A stretch of DNA of 64,000 nucleotides from an uncultured Chloroflexia bacterium (GTDB taxonomy: Bacteria > Chloroflexota > Limnocylindria > QHBO01): assembly GCA_963827475.1 (NCBI GenBank), contig CAWHAZ010000005.1, positions 192,001 to 256,000 of the forward strand, written 5' to 3'. Below are positions 10,402 to 20,625 of the stretch, piece by piece. The notes under the pieces are model-generated. The model worked only from the letters and a program-made list of their open reading frames with translations. It had not been told where the DNA came from and searched no databases. How positions within the stretch are numbered: position 1 is the first letter of the stretch; each line of letters starts with the position of its first letter. The position numbers and the translations under genes were made by a program.

Positions 10402-11402
10402 CCGACGCGGCCGACGCCCCGGCTCCTCCAACTCCTGACCTGATCCCGGCCCCGGCGGCACCGCCGCCCGAGCCGACTGTCCCCGTCCCGGCGGCGTGGC
10501 CCGGCTGGGTGCTCGCCGCGCTCGGCCTGGTCGTCATGGTCGCCGGCCTGGTGTGGATCGTCTTCGCCGCCTCGTTGGGGGCGAGCCCGTCAGAATGGGT
10601 CCTGCCCGCGGTGATCACCGCAGCCGGCGGCCTGACCCTGGTCGGCAGCCTCGGGTGGCTCGCGGAGCGCGGGATCTGGGTCCGCCGGAGACTTCCCGAG
10701 GAGCGCTACCGCGGGCCGAGCATCATCCTGCTCTTCGTCCTCGCCGTGGCCGCGGCCAACCTGCTCTCGCTCCCACCACTCCTCGCCGACACCCTGGCCG
10801 GGGGCGACCCGACCGAGCCCAGCCCGGTCGCGCTCATCTTCCTGCTGCTCGTGACCCCGCTCATCTTCGGCGCGGTCGGAGCGCTGTTCGTGATCCGACC
10901 GCGCGCCCTGGTCGGGGCTCGGTTCGGTGATGGCGCGGCCACGGCCTGGAACGTCGGGCGCGGAGTGGGCCTCGGGGCGGCGGCCTGGGTTGCCGCCAAC
11001 GCGGTCGCCATTGCCCTGGCGTGGCTGGTGACCGAGCTGACGGGCGAGGCGCCGGACGAGGGGCAGGTCGTGGCCGAGATGGCGAAGACCCTTCCTCCGT
11101 TGGTCGCCATCGCGCTCATCGGCCTGCTGGCACCGGTGGCCGAGGAGTTCTTCTTCCGCTGGATCGCGGTCAACGCCTGGGAGCGCGAGCACGGGACCCG
11201 GGTCGCGGTGCTCGGGTCGGCCGTGCTGTTCGGCGGCGCCCACATTCTCGGCGGATCGTGGTTGGCCCTGCCGTCCATCATCCTGCTCGGCGTGATCCTG
11301 GCCGGGGCCTACGTCGCGACCCGCAGCCTGCCGCTGGTGATCGGCGTCCATGCCACGTTCAACTGCCTCTCGCTGGCGGTGCTCTTCCTCGTCCCCGTTT
11401 GA
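10398..11402 (+). CDS. CPBP (CAAX/Abi) family intramembrane metalloprotease
   Basis: APVAEEFFFR, FGGAH, HATFN motifs. Start is GTG 10509 or the in-frame CTG at 10398 overlapping the upstream stop. Confidence 0.9.
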   Translation: MTDAADAPAPPTPDLIPAPAAPPPEPTVPVPAAWPGWVLAALGLVVMVAGLVWIVFAASLGASPSEWVLPAVITAAGGLTLVGSLGWLAERGIWVRRRLPEERYRGPSIILLFVLAVAAANLLSLPPLLADTLAGGDPTEPSPVALIFLLLVTPLIFGAVGALFVIRPRALVGARFGDGAATAWNVGRGVGLGAAAWVAANAVAIALAWLVTELTGEAPDEGQVVAEMAKTLPPLVAIALIGLLAPVAEEFFFRWIAVNAWEREHGTRVAVLGSAVLFGGAHILGGSWLALPSIILLGVILAGAYVATRSLPLVIGVHATFNCLSLAVLFLVPV

Positions 11403-11464
11403 GCCGCACCCCCCGGCAACCGCCGGGTAACGGCCGGCAAAGCACCGCCGACGATCGTGTGCCC

Positions 11465-12109
11465 ATGACCCCCACCCGCTCGGCCGCCGACCGCCTGCTC
11501 GGCGCCGGCCCGGGAGCGCTCGCCGACGACGAGCTGCTGGCGCTCGTGCTGGGAGGTCGCGGGGCGCTGTCCACGGCCCGTAGCCTGCTCGACGCGCACG
11601 GGTTGACCCACCTGGCCACCATGCTGGCCCCGGAGGTCGAGACCTCGCCGCAGGTCGGGCCACGGCGGGCGGCGGCGGTGGCGGCCGCCTTCGAGCTGGC
11701 CCGGCGCGCGAATGCCCGCTGGCCGCTTCCCGGCTGGCGGGTGCGGACCCCGGCCGACGTGGCCGAGCGGCTCGTGCCGGAGATGCGCCATCTCGACCGC
11801 GAGGAGCTGCTGGTCTGCCTCCTGAACACGCGGAACGTCGTCCTCGGCCGCTCGACGGTCTACGTCGGGAACCTCGCCGGGTCCCCGGTCCGCATCGGTG
11901 AGGTCTACCGCGAGGCGATCCGTCGCCAGGCGGCGGCGGTCATCGTGGCCCACAACCACCCCTCCGGCGACCCGTCGCCATCAGGGGACGATCTGCGGAT
12001 CACTGCCGACCTGGCCGACGCCGGGCGGCTGCTCGACATCGAGCTGCTCGACCACCTGGTCATCGGTCATGACCGATGGGTGAGTCTTCGCGCCGCGGGC
12101 GCGCTGTGA
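11465..12109 (+). CDS. radC: RadC / JAB-domain protein
   Basis: ALADDELLALVL, AHNHPSGDPSPSGDD, LLDHLVIG. Confidence 0.92.
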   Translation: MTPTRSAADRLLGAGPGALADDELLALVLGGRGALSTARSLLDAHGLTHLATMLAPEVETSPQVGPRRAAAVAAAFELARRANARWPLPGWRVRTPADVAERLVPEMRHLDREELLVCLLNTRNVVLGRSTVYVGNLAGSPVRIGEVYREAIRRQAAAVIVAHNHPSGDPSPSGDDLRITADLADAGRLLDIELLDHLVIGHDRWVSLRAAGAL

Positions 12110-12117
12110 CCCCGTGA

Positions 12118-13392
12118 TCAGGGACCGACGACGCGATACAGCCCCCCACCCTCGATGTCGACGACGTAGATCTCGCCCGCCTCGTCCTCGCCGAACGAGC
12201 TGACCGCCAGGGTGGTGGCCAGCACCGTCTTCACGCTGATCGTCGCCCCCGCGACGTCGAGCGAGAAGAGTCGGCCGCTGCACCAGTCGCCGAAGAAGTA
12301 CGCCCCCTGCAGCTGGGGCTGCGCCGTGCCGCGGTAGATGTAGCCGCCGATGACCGAGCACCCGGAGCCGTGGTCGTAGGCCGCGATCGGCGCCACCAGG
12401 CCCGCCGGGCAGCTGCCGCTCCGGCACTGGGGGCCCTCCATCAGCGGCCAGCCGTAGTTCACCCCGCCCGAGGCGCCGGCGTCCTGGCGGTTGATCTCCT
12501 CCCAGGCGCCCCCGCCGACATCACCCATGAACAGGGCCCCCAGCGCTCGGTCGAAGGTGATCCGCCAGGGATTGCGCACGCCGTAGGCCCAGATCTCGGG
12601 AGCCCCGCCTCCCCCAACGAACGGGTTGGTGGACGGGATCGCGTAGGCGCGCCCAGCGGCGGGGGCGGCGTCGACGTCGACCCGCAGGATCTTGCCGAGC
12701 AGGCTGGTGACGTTCTGCCCGTTGCCGAACTGGTCGTTCTGACCGCCGCCGTCGCCCATCGCGATGTACAGGTAACCGTCCGGTCCAAAGGCCAGGCTGC
12801 CGCCGTTGTGGTTCGCCGCCGGATCCGGAACCGCGAACAGGATCCGTCCGGTCCCGGGGTCGGCCCGTCCCGCATCCGACGAGACCCTGTACTCGGCCAC
12901 GGTGTTGGCGCCCGAGGGCCGGCTGGTGTAGGCGACGAAGAACCGCCCGTTCCGCTCGTACTCCGGATGGAAGGCGAGCCCCAACAGGCCGCGTTCTCCG
13001 CCGCTGAGGACCAGTGACGAGATGTCGAGGAACGGATCCGGATCCATCTGGCCGCTCGCGCTCACGGCGTGGATGTGCCCGTTCTGCTCGACGACGAACA
13101 GCCGCTCCGAGCCGTCGCCCGCGTTCTCCACGCCGAGGGGCCGGTCAAGCCCTTCGGTCACGGCCTGGAGCGAAACGCTGACCGGCCCGGACACCAGGGC
13201 GGGGGGCGGGGTGGCCGGGACCGAGGGCTCAACCGACGGTGTAAGCGAGGGTGCCGCCGATTCGGCGACCGATGCGGGCGGGGATGGCGACGGGCTCGGT
13301 GATTCGGCCACGCAGGCGCCGAGCAGGAACGCCGATCCGATGACCAGGGCAAGCCGATGCGGCGCCGACCGACGCCTGGACGGATGAGTCAT
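12118..13392 (-). CDS. PQQ-dependent sugar (glucose/sorbosone) dehydrogenase-like lipoprotein
   Basis: Lipobox LLGAC, GERGLLGLAFHP, NHNGGSLAFGPDGYLY, IWAYGVRNPWR, SSFGED. Confidence 0.9.
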   Translation of the reverse strand: MTHPSRRRSAPHRLALVIGSAFLLGACVAESPSPSPSPPASVAESAAPSLTPSVEPSVPATPPPALVSGPVSVSLQAVTEGLDRPLGVENAGDGSERLFVVEQNGHIHAVSASGQMDPDPFLDISSLVLSGGERGLLGLAFHPEYERNGRFFVAYTSRPSGANTVAEYRVSSDAGRADPGTGRILFAVPDPAANHNGGSLAFGPDGYLYIAMGDGGGQNDQFGNGQNVTSLLGKILRVDVDAAPAAGRAYAIPSTNPFVGGGGAPEIWAYGVRNPWRITFDRALGALFMGDVGGGAWEEINRQDAGASGGVNYGWPLMEGPQCRSGSCPAGLVAPIAAYDHGSGCSVIGGYIYRGTAQPQLQGAYFFGDWCSGRLFSLDVAGATISVKTVLATTLAVSSFGEDEAGEIYVVDIEGGGLYRVVGP

Positions 13393-13438
13393 GGGCTGCA
13401 CAGACTACCCGCTGGAATGGGGTAGGGTTCGAACGCCG

Positions 13439-15574
13439 ATGACGACCACCCGCGCGAGCCTGCGTCGCCTGGCTACGGCCGTCGAGCCGGGCCCGGACGC
13501 GGTCGGCACGGCCCGCACCATCGTCATCGAGAAGGTGGAACCCGAGCTCGACGGCGGGCGATATCCCGCCAAGCGGGTGGTCGGGGACTGGTTCACGGTC
13601 AGCGCCGACATCATCGCCGACGGCCACGACCAGCTCGGTGCGGCCCTGCTCATCCGGGCCGACGACGAGGCCGCGTGGCAGGAGATTCCGATGCGCCTGC
13701 ATCGCCACGATCGGTGGCGCGCCCGTGTCCGGCTTCGGCGCAACCGGTGGCACCGGTACACGGTGGAGGCCTGGCGCGACGACGTCGGCAGCTGGTCCGA
13801 GCGGCTCACCCGCAAGGCACGCCTCGGGGTCGACGTGGCCATCGAGCTCGCGGAGGCGCGCCAGGTCCTCGACGAGGCGGCTCGTCGAGCACGCCGGGCC
13901 GGGGCGGTGGACGACGCCGCCATCCTGCGCGACGCTCGGGCGCGGCTGGCCGCCGCGCCCGACGGGCGTGCCGCAGCCCGTATCGCCCGCGAACGGGCGC
14001 TGCTGGCCGCGGGTGCGCGTCACCCGGACCGCCGCGCCGCGTCCCGCTACGACCGTGAGCTCGAGCTGGTGGTGGATCGCCCGGCCGCGGTCAGCGGGGC
14101 GTGGTACGAGCTGTTCCCGCGCTCCCAGGGAACGACGCCCAGCACCCCGGCCACCCTGGTCGAGTCCGAATGGCGCCTGCCCGAGCTCGCCCGGCTCGGG
14201 TTCGACGTCATCTATCTGCCGCCCATCCACCCCATCGGCACCACCAACCGCAAGGGACGCAACAACGCGGAGCAGGGGAAGCCGGGCGACGTCGGCAGTC
14301 CGTGGGCGGTCGGCTCTTCCGACGGTGGCCACGAGGCGGTCGCCCCCGAGCTCGGCGGCCTGGCCGGGTTCGAGCACTTTCGCCGCGCCGCCGCACGCCA
14401 GGGGATGGAGGTCGCCCTCGACCTCGCCATCCAGGCCTCCCCGGACCACCCATGGGTCGAGGCCCATCCCGAGTGGTTTCGCCGGGCGCCGGACGGGTCG
14501 ATCCGGTACGCGGAAAACCCGCCCAAGCGCTACCAGGATGTCTACCCCTTCGACTTCCGCACGGCAGAACCGGCGGCGCGGGCCGAGCTGTGGCACGCCT
14601 GGCGCGACGTCATCCTCACCTGGGTCCAGCGAGGCGTGCGGATCTTCCGGGTCGACAACCCCCACACCAAGCCGGTGGCGTTCTGGACCTGGCTCATCCG
14701 CGACGTCCAGGCCCGGTACCCCGACGTCATCTTCCTCGCGGAAGCGTTCACCAGGCACAAGCCGATGCGTCTCCTCTCGAAGGCGGGATTCACGCAGTCG
14801 TACACCTACTTCACCTGGCGCAACGACGCCGACGACCTGCGCGAGTACCTCACCGAGCTGACACGGACCGAGATGCGGCAGTACTACCGCGGCAACCTGT
14901 TCACCAACACCCCCGACATCAACCCGCACTACCTCGCCCGCGGACGGCCCACGTTCGTCAGCCGCCTGGTCCTTGCCGCGACGCTGTCCGGCCTGTACGG
15001 CATCTACTCCGGGTTCGAGCTCCTCGAACACCGTCGGATCGGACGCGGCGAGGAGTACCGGGACAGCGAGAAGTACGAGATCGTGGTCCGAGACTGGGAC
15101 GCGCCGGGCAACCTCAAGCCGCTGATCCGGACCCTGAACGAGCTGCGGCGCGACTGGCCCGCACTCGGCCGCACCGAGACCCTGCGGTTCGAGGAAACCC
15201 GCGCGAAGCGGATCCTGTTCTATCGCAAGGCGCTCCCGGTCGGGCAGGTGGACCTGCTGTCCGAGGATCCTCGGACCTGGCGCCAACCGGTCTGGGTGGC
15301 CGTCAACGTGACCCCGACCCGTTCCGAGCAGGCGGTCCTCCGTCCGAAGCTGGCGGCCGTGGGCATCGATCCCGCGCGGCCGTATCGGTACACTGATCTG
15401 CTGACAGGCACCAGCCGCGTCCGGAAGGGCCGTGCCATCACCGTCACCCTGGGGCCCGACCGCCCGTTCGTGATCTTCAGCCTGTCGCAGGACCCCGCGC
15501 CGAAGGGGCGGACCGTTCGCACGGTCCGCCGCCGACGCCGGGCAGGGCCGGACCCAGGCCCTGATCGTCGATAG
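13439..15574 (+). CDS. glgE: Alpha-1,4-glucan:maltose-1-phosphate maltosyltransferase
   Basis: WYELFPRS, YLPPIHPIG, YAENPPKRYQDVYP, FRVDNPHTK, FLAEAFT, QSYTYFTWR, NTPDI. Confidence 0.95.
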   Translation: MTTTRASLRRLATAVEPGPDAVGTARTIVIEKVEPELDGGRYPAKRVVGDWFTVSADIIADGHDQLGAALLIRADDEAAWQEIPMRLHRHDRWRARVRLRRNRWHRYTVEAWRDDVGSWSERLTRKARLGVDVAIELAEARQVLDEAARRARRAGAVDDAAILRDARARLAAAPDGRAAARIARERALLAAGARHPDRRAASRYDRELELVVDRPAAVSGAWYELFPRSQGTTPSTPATLVESEWRLPELARLGFDVIYLPPIHPIGTTNRKGRNNAEQGKPGDVGSPWAVGSSDGGHEAVAPELGGLAGFEHFRRAAARQGMEVALDLAIQASPDHPWVEAHPEWFRRAPDGSIRYAENPPKRYQDVYPFDFRTAEPAARAELWHAWRDVILTWVQRGVRIFRVDNPHTKPVAFWTWLIRDVQARYPDVIFLAEAFTRHKPMRLLSKAGFTQSYTYFTWRNDADDLREYLTELTRTEMRQYYRGNLFTNTPDINPHYLARGRPTFVSRLVLAATLSGLYGIYSGFELLEHRRIGRGEEYRDSEKYEIVVRDWDAPGNLKPLIRTLNELRRDWPALGRTETLRFEETRAKRILFYRKALPVGQVDLLSEDPRTWRQPVWVAVNVTPTRSEQAVLRPKLAAVGIDPARPYRYTDLLTGTSRVRKGRAITVTLGPDRPFVIFSLSQDPAPKGRTVRTVRRRRRAGPDPGPDRR

Positions 15575-15591
15575 CGGAGGGCATCACACCA

Positions 15592-16362
15592 GTGCCGCTT
15601 CCCGGGCTGACCTTCCTCGGCCACTCCACACTGCTCATCGAGCTGGAGGGGCTCCGGATCCTGACCGATCCGATCCTCGTCGACCGACTGATGTTCCTGG
15701 CCCGCGTCGTCCGTCCGGTGGATCCGTCCCTGTATGCCGACATCGACCTCGTCCTCCTGAGCCACCTCCACATCGACCATTTCGACCGGCTGTCGCTCGC
15801 CCGCATCGACTCGCAGCCGGAGATCGTGACCTGTCCGGGCGGCGCTGGCCTCCTCCGAAGCTGGGGATGGTCCCGGGTGAAGGAGCTGGCACCCGGCGAG
15901 GCGCACGAGGTCGGGCCGGTGCGGATCACCGCCACGCCAGCCGACCATCCCGGCTTCCGCCCGCCATTCGGACCCCGCGGGACGGCGGTGGGGTATCTCA
16001 TCGAGTCCGGCCAGGCTCGGCTGTACTTCGCCGGTGACACGGACCTCCTGCCGGAGATGGAGACCATGATCGAGGGCGAGCTGGACGTCGCCTTCCTGCC
16101 GATCAGTGGCTGGGGCCCGCGGCTGGGGCCCGGCCACATGAATCCGGCCCGCGCGGCGGAGGCCGTCGTGCGACTCGGGCCACGGTACGCGGTGCCCATC
16201 CACTGGGGCACGCTGTGGCCGTACGGCCTTGGCCGTTTCACGGCCGACCGGCTGGAAGGTCCCCCGGCGGAGTTCGTCAGCAGCCTCGAAAAACGAGCGG
16301 GGCAGACGGATGCCAGAGCCTTGATCGCCCGTCCCGGGGAGCGGGTACCCTTCGTCCCCTGA
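15592..16362 (+). CDS. MBL-fold metallo-hydrolase
   Basis: FLGHST, SHLHIDH, YFAGDT, PIHWGT. Confidence 0.9.
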   Translation: MPLPGLTFLGHSTLLIELEGLRILTDPILVDRLMFLARVVRPVDPSLYADIDLVLLSHLHIDHFDRLSLARIDSQPEIVTCPGGAGLLRSWGWSRVKELAPGEAHEVGPVRITATPADHPGFRPPFGPRGTAVGYLIESGQARLYFAGDTDLLPEMETMIEGELDVAFLPISGWGPRLGPGHMNPARAAEAVVRLGPRYAVPIHWGTLWPYGLGRFTADRLEGPPAEFVSSLEKRAGQTDARALIARPGERVPFVP

Positions 16363-16396
16363 CCACCGAGCCCCATTCCGAGGTTCCTGACGCTCC

Positions 16397-18486
16397 ATGC
16401 GCACCTGGCTGACACGCACCGCTGCCGCCTACCGGGCGCAGGCCCACGCGCTCAGGCGACTTCGGCCGACCCCGCTGGGCCTCGCGTTCCGCGTCCTTCT
16501 CTCGGTCGTCTCCGCCTGGCTGAGCCTGGTCGTCACCGTGGCCCTGGCGCCCGGCATCGAGTGGGACGGACGGACATCGGTCCTGCTGGCCGTGGCCGTC
16601 ATCGGGGCGGCGGACTTCCTCATCAGGCCACTGATCCTCGCCGCGGTCCTGCCCATCGGCTTCATCGCCGTCTTCGCGGTCGGCTTCCTGTACCGCGCAG
16701 CGTCGTTCTTCTTCATCCTGCCCCTCGTCGGCTTCGACCTCGGCGGCTTCGGGAGCGGCCTCGTCGGCGCGGGCGATCTATGGTGTCGTCAGCTCGATCC
16801 TCGGCGGCATCGTGGGCATGACCGACGAGGAGTCGTACGGCCAGCGCGTGGTCAACCAGGTCATCCGCGACCAGGAGCAGGTTCCGCACAGCGACGTTCC
16901 GGGGGTGGTGATCATCCAGGTCGATGGCCTGGCGTTTCCCCTGCTGGCCGCGCAGGTGCGCGCGGGCACGATGACCACCCTGGCCCGCTGGATCCGGTCC
17001 GGCTCGCACCGGATGATGGAGTACACCGCCGACCTCCCGTCACAGACCTCGACCGGGCAGGCCGGCCTGCTTGCACGGCAATGCCGCCGGCATCCCCGCC
17101 TTCCGTTGGTACGAGAAGGAGCGGCGGCGGATGATGGTCTCCAACCGCCCGGCCGACGCGGCCGAGATCGAGTCCCGGATCAGCGACGGCAATGGCCTGC
17201 TGGCCAACGGTGGCGCGTCGATCGACAACATGTTCTCCGGCGACGCGACACACGTCCGGATGGTCATGAGCCGGCTGAACAGCGACCAGGACAAGGCCGG
17301 TCGTGACCGGAGCATGTACTACTTCCTGCTCAACCCGTACAGCATCGGGCGGACGATCGTCCGCACCATGGGGGAGCTGCTGAAGGAGCTGTACCAGTCC
17401 TGGCAGCAGCGACGGCGCCAGATCGAGCCGCGGATGCACCGCGGCGTGAAGTTCGCCGGCCTGCGCGCCACGACCAACGTCGTGCTCCGTGACCTGAACC
17501 ATGCGCTGGTGGCCGAGCAGATGCTGCGCGGGACGCGGGTGATGTACGTCGACTTCGTCGACTATGACGACATCGCCCACCACACCGGCCCCGAGCGGCA
17601 GGAGGCCATCCAGTCGCTGTACGGCATCGACCGTGCCATCGGGCGACTGGAGCGGCTGGTGCCGGACTGCCCGCGGCCCTACCGCTTCGTGATCGTCTCG
17701 GACCACGGCCAGAGCCAGGGCGCGACGTTCCGCCAGCGCTACGGCGAGACGATCGAGGACTGGCTGCGCACGCGCATCGGAGCCGACGTCACGCGAGCCG
17801 CCACCGCGCCGGTGGAGGACGCCGGCCGGCTGTCCACCGTCCTGACCGAGGCCAGCTCGGCCGATGGCGCGACGGCCGCCCTCGGCCGGCGCGCGCTGCA
17901 GGGCAGCATGGACGACGGCGCGGTGGAGCTGGGCGCCCTGGGCGACGAGGTGGCGGAGGAGCCGACCGGCGAGCTGCCCGACCTCGTGGTCTGCGCCTCG
18001 GGCAACCTCGGGCTGGTGTACTTCGGCGTCGCCGAGCACCGCATGTCGCTGCACGAGATCGAGGCCGCCTTCCCGGGCATGGTCGACGAGCTCGTCGCGC
18101 ACGAGGGCATCGGCTTCGCGCTCGTCCGATCCGGCGACGGCCATGCCCTGGCGGTCGGCCCGAACGGGCGGCACGACCTGACCGATGGGACGGTGACCGG
18201 CACCGATCCGGTCGCCCAGTTCGGCGCCGACGCGCCTGACCAGCTCCGTCACCTCGACGGCATCGACCACGTCGGCGACCTGGTCCTCATGAGCCGGCTC
18301 GACACCGGCACCGACGAGGTGGCCGCGTTCGAGGAGCTGATCGGGAGCCACGGGGGGATGGGCGGATGGCAGACCAGGCCGTGCCTCGTCTTTCCCGCGG
18401 ACTGGACGGCCCCAGACGGGCGCCTGATGGGGGCCCCCGCCGTCCACCGGCAGCTGAAGGCCTGGATCGCCGCCGAGCAGGGCTAG
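16397..18486 (+). CDS. 4-TMS 'phage holin family' domain fused to an alkaline-phosphatase/phosphodiesterase-superfamily domain (frameshifts near 16775 and 17070)
   Basis: Joined from three track ORFs: TM N-terminus; IQVDGL, PSQT, YDDIAHH, VSDHGQ, GSHGG. Confidence 0.8.
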
Positions 18487-18495
18487 GGGGGCCGG

Positions 18496-19551
18496 TTGGG
18501 CATCTTCGACGGCGTCCTCGGGATCTTCAGCCATGACCTGGGCATCGACCTCGGCACGGCCAATACCCTGGTCACCGTCCGTCACCGGGGAATCGTGATC
18601 TCCGAGCCATCGGTGGTGGCCATGGAGACCCGCACCAAGCGGGTGCTGGCGATTGGAGCGGAAGCGAAGCGGATGGTGGGCCGGACGCCGGCCAACATCG
18701 TCGCCATCCGGCCGCTGCGCGACGGGGTGATCAGTGACTTCGACGTGACCGAGCAGATGATCCGGTACTTCATCGAGAAGGTGCACGATCGCTATTTCCG
18801 CATTCCGCGGCCGCGAGTCCTGGTCGGCATTCCGTCCGGCGTGACCGAGGTCGAGAAGCGCGCGGTGCGCGACGCCACCTTGAACGCGCATGCCCGCTGG
18901 GCGCGGCTCATCGAGGAACCGATGGCCGCCGCCATCGGCGCCGGCCTGCCGGTCAGCGAACCGTCCGGCTCGCTCATCGTCGACATCGGCGGCGGGACGA
19001 CCGAGGTCGCCGTCATCTCCCTCGGCGGCATCGTCGTCAGCCGCTCGATCCGGATCGGTGGCGACGAGATGGACCAGGACATCGTCAACTTCGCCCGTCG
19101 CGAGTACAACCTGCTGATGGGAGAGCGGACCGCGGAGGAGGTCAAGATCGCGGTCGGCTCGGCCTACGCCGACCTGAACCCGCGGACCGTCACCTTCCGC
19201 GGGCGCGACCTGCTGACCGGGCTGCCGCGCTCGGTCGAGGTGAGCAGTGAGCAGATCCGCGAGGCCCTCGAGCCGTCGGTGGCGGCCATCATCCAGGCCA
19301 TCCGCGACACGATCGAGGAGACGCCGCCCGAGCTGGTGGCCGACATCATGGACCAGGGGATCGTGCTCGCCGGCGGCGGGGCGCTGCTGGCGGGCCTCGA
19401 CCGGCGGGTCGCGGAGACGACCCAGATGCCGGTCCACGTCGCCGATGACCCGTTGACCTGCGTGGTCCGCGGCACGGGGCGTGTCCTCGAAGAGCTCGAC
19501 ACCCTGGAGCGGGTGCTCATCACCGAGCAGTACACCCGCGCCCCCCGCTGA
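18496..19551 (+). CDS. mreB: Rod shape-determining protein MreB
   Basis: GIDLGTANT, EEPMAAAIG, VDIGGGTT, LAGGGALL. Confidence 0.97.
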   Translation: MGIFDGVLGIFSHDLGIDLGTANTLVTVRHRGIVISEPSVVAMETRTKRVLAIGAEAKRMVGRTPANIVAIRPLRDGVISDFDVTEQMIRYFIEKVHDRYFRIPRPRVLVGIPSGVTEVEKRAVRDATLNAHARWARLIEEPMAAAIGAGLPVSEPSGSLIVDIGGGTTEVAVISLGGIVVSRSIRIGGDEMDQDIVNFARREYNLLMGERTAEEVKIAVGSAYADLNPRTVTFRGRDLLTGLPRSVEVSSEQIREALEPSVAAIIQAIRDTIEETPPELVADIMDQGIVLAGGGALLAGLDRRVAETTQMPVHVADDPLTCVVRGTGRVLEELDTLERVLITEQYTRAPR

Positions 19552-19562
19552 GCCGGGGCGTC

Positions 19563-20444
19563 GTGCGCATCCCGTTCAGCCAGCCCCGGGGATCGGGATC
19601 GAGCCAGCGTCGTCGGAGCCCCGACCTCGTGTGGTGGGTCGCCCTGGTCGCCATCTCGATCGGCCTGGTGGTCGTCTCGGGAAGCGGCCCGGCCCGGTCG
19701 GTGCAGGACGCGGCCGCCCGGCTCATCGCGCCCGTCCAGGCGGCGCTGACCGACATCGGCGACGCGATGGGGGAGCTGGCCGACACGATCGGCGAGATCG
19801 GATCGCTGCGCGCGGAGAACGAGGAGCTGCGGAGCACCCTGGCCGCCGCCGAGCAGCGGGTCGCCGAGCTGCAGGAGGCCGCCCGCGACAACGCCCGGTT
19901 GCGGCGGCTGCTCGGCCTGCAGAACAGGCTCGGCTGGGACCTCGTGCCCGGCCGGGTCGTCTCGGCTGGCACCGGCGCGCTGACCTGGGAGGTGGCCCTG
20001 AACGTCGGCCACCAGGCCGGGGTGCGGGTCGGCATGCCGGTCGTGGGTGCCGCCGTCGGAGGAGGCGCCCTGGCCGGGATCGTGGTCGAGGCGAGCCCGG
20101 ATCGGGCGGTCGTGCTCCTCACCGTTGATCCGCGCTCACGAGTCGTGGCCCGGGACCAGCAGACCGAGGCGCTCGGCGTCGTCCAGGGCCAGCCGGGCGG
20201 CCAGCTGATCATGACCCAGGTCGCGGTCACCGACGAAGTGGCGGTGGGCGACACGATCGTCACCGCCGGGCTCGAGCTCGAGGGGGTCGCCGCCTCGCCG
20301 TACCCCCGCGGCCTGCTGATCGGTACCGTGACCGCCCTCGAGGCCGATGCCAACGGCCTGACCCGGACCGCGTTCGTGCGACCCGCGATCGACCCACGCT
20401 CGGTCGAATGGCTGATGGTCGTCAGCTCGGCGAGCCCCGACTGA
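19563..20444 (+). CDS. mreC: Rod shape-determining protein MreC
   Basis: TM segment, coiled coil (LRAENEELR..NARLRRLL), GDTIVTAG..YPRGLLIGTV; follows mreB. Confidence 0.9.
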   Translation: MRIPFSQPRGSGSSQRRRSPDLVWWVALVAISIGLVVVSGSGPARSVQDAAARLIAPVQAALTDIGDAMGELADTIGEIGSLRAENEELRSTLAAAEQRVAELQEAARDNARLRRLLGLQNRLGWDLVPGRVVSAGTGALTWEVALNVGHQAGVRVGMPVVGAAVGGGALAGIVVEASPDRAVVLLTVDPRSRVVARDQQTEALGVVQGQPGGQLIMTQVAVTDEVAVGDTIVTAGLELEGVAASPYPRGLLIGTVTALEADANGLTRTAFVRPAIDPRSVEWLMVVSSASPD

Positions 20445-20467
20445 GCCCGGACTGAGCCCCGACTGAG
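20432..20467. repeat. 11-bp tandem repeat x3 over the mreC stop
   Basis: GAGCCCCGACT GAGCCCGGACT GAGCCCCGACT. Confidence 0.8.
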
Positions 20468-20625
20468 ACCGTCGCCGGCCTCCGCCGGCTCGGCTGCCTG
20501 GCGACCGTGGTGCGGGCACGCACATGGCCCCATGGTCCGGCGCCCCCGGAACCAACGCCCCATGGGCCGTTCCGCAGCCCCTGCGTAGGGTCATCCCGAA
20601 CTCATCTTCATTCGCGGAGACCCTG

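Noticed and set aside
11465..18486. RadC and 'holin' as signs of a prophage or mobile element
   Set aside because: No integrase, transposase or phage structural genes; both are common chromosomal genes
20510..20580. Possible c-di-GMP or c-di-AMP riboswitch upstream of the surface protein
   Set aside because: Some pairing (CCATGG segments) but the conserved motifs of those riboswitches are missing
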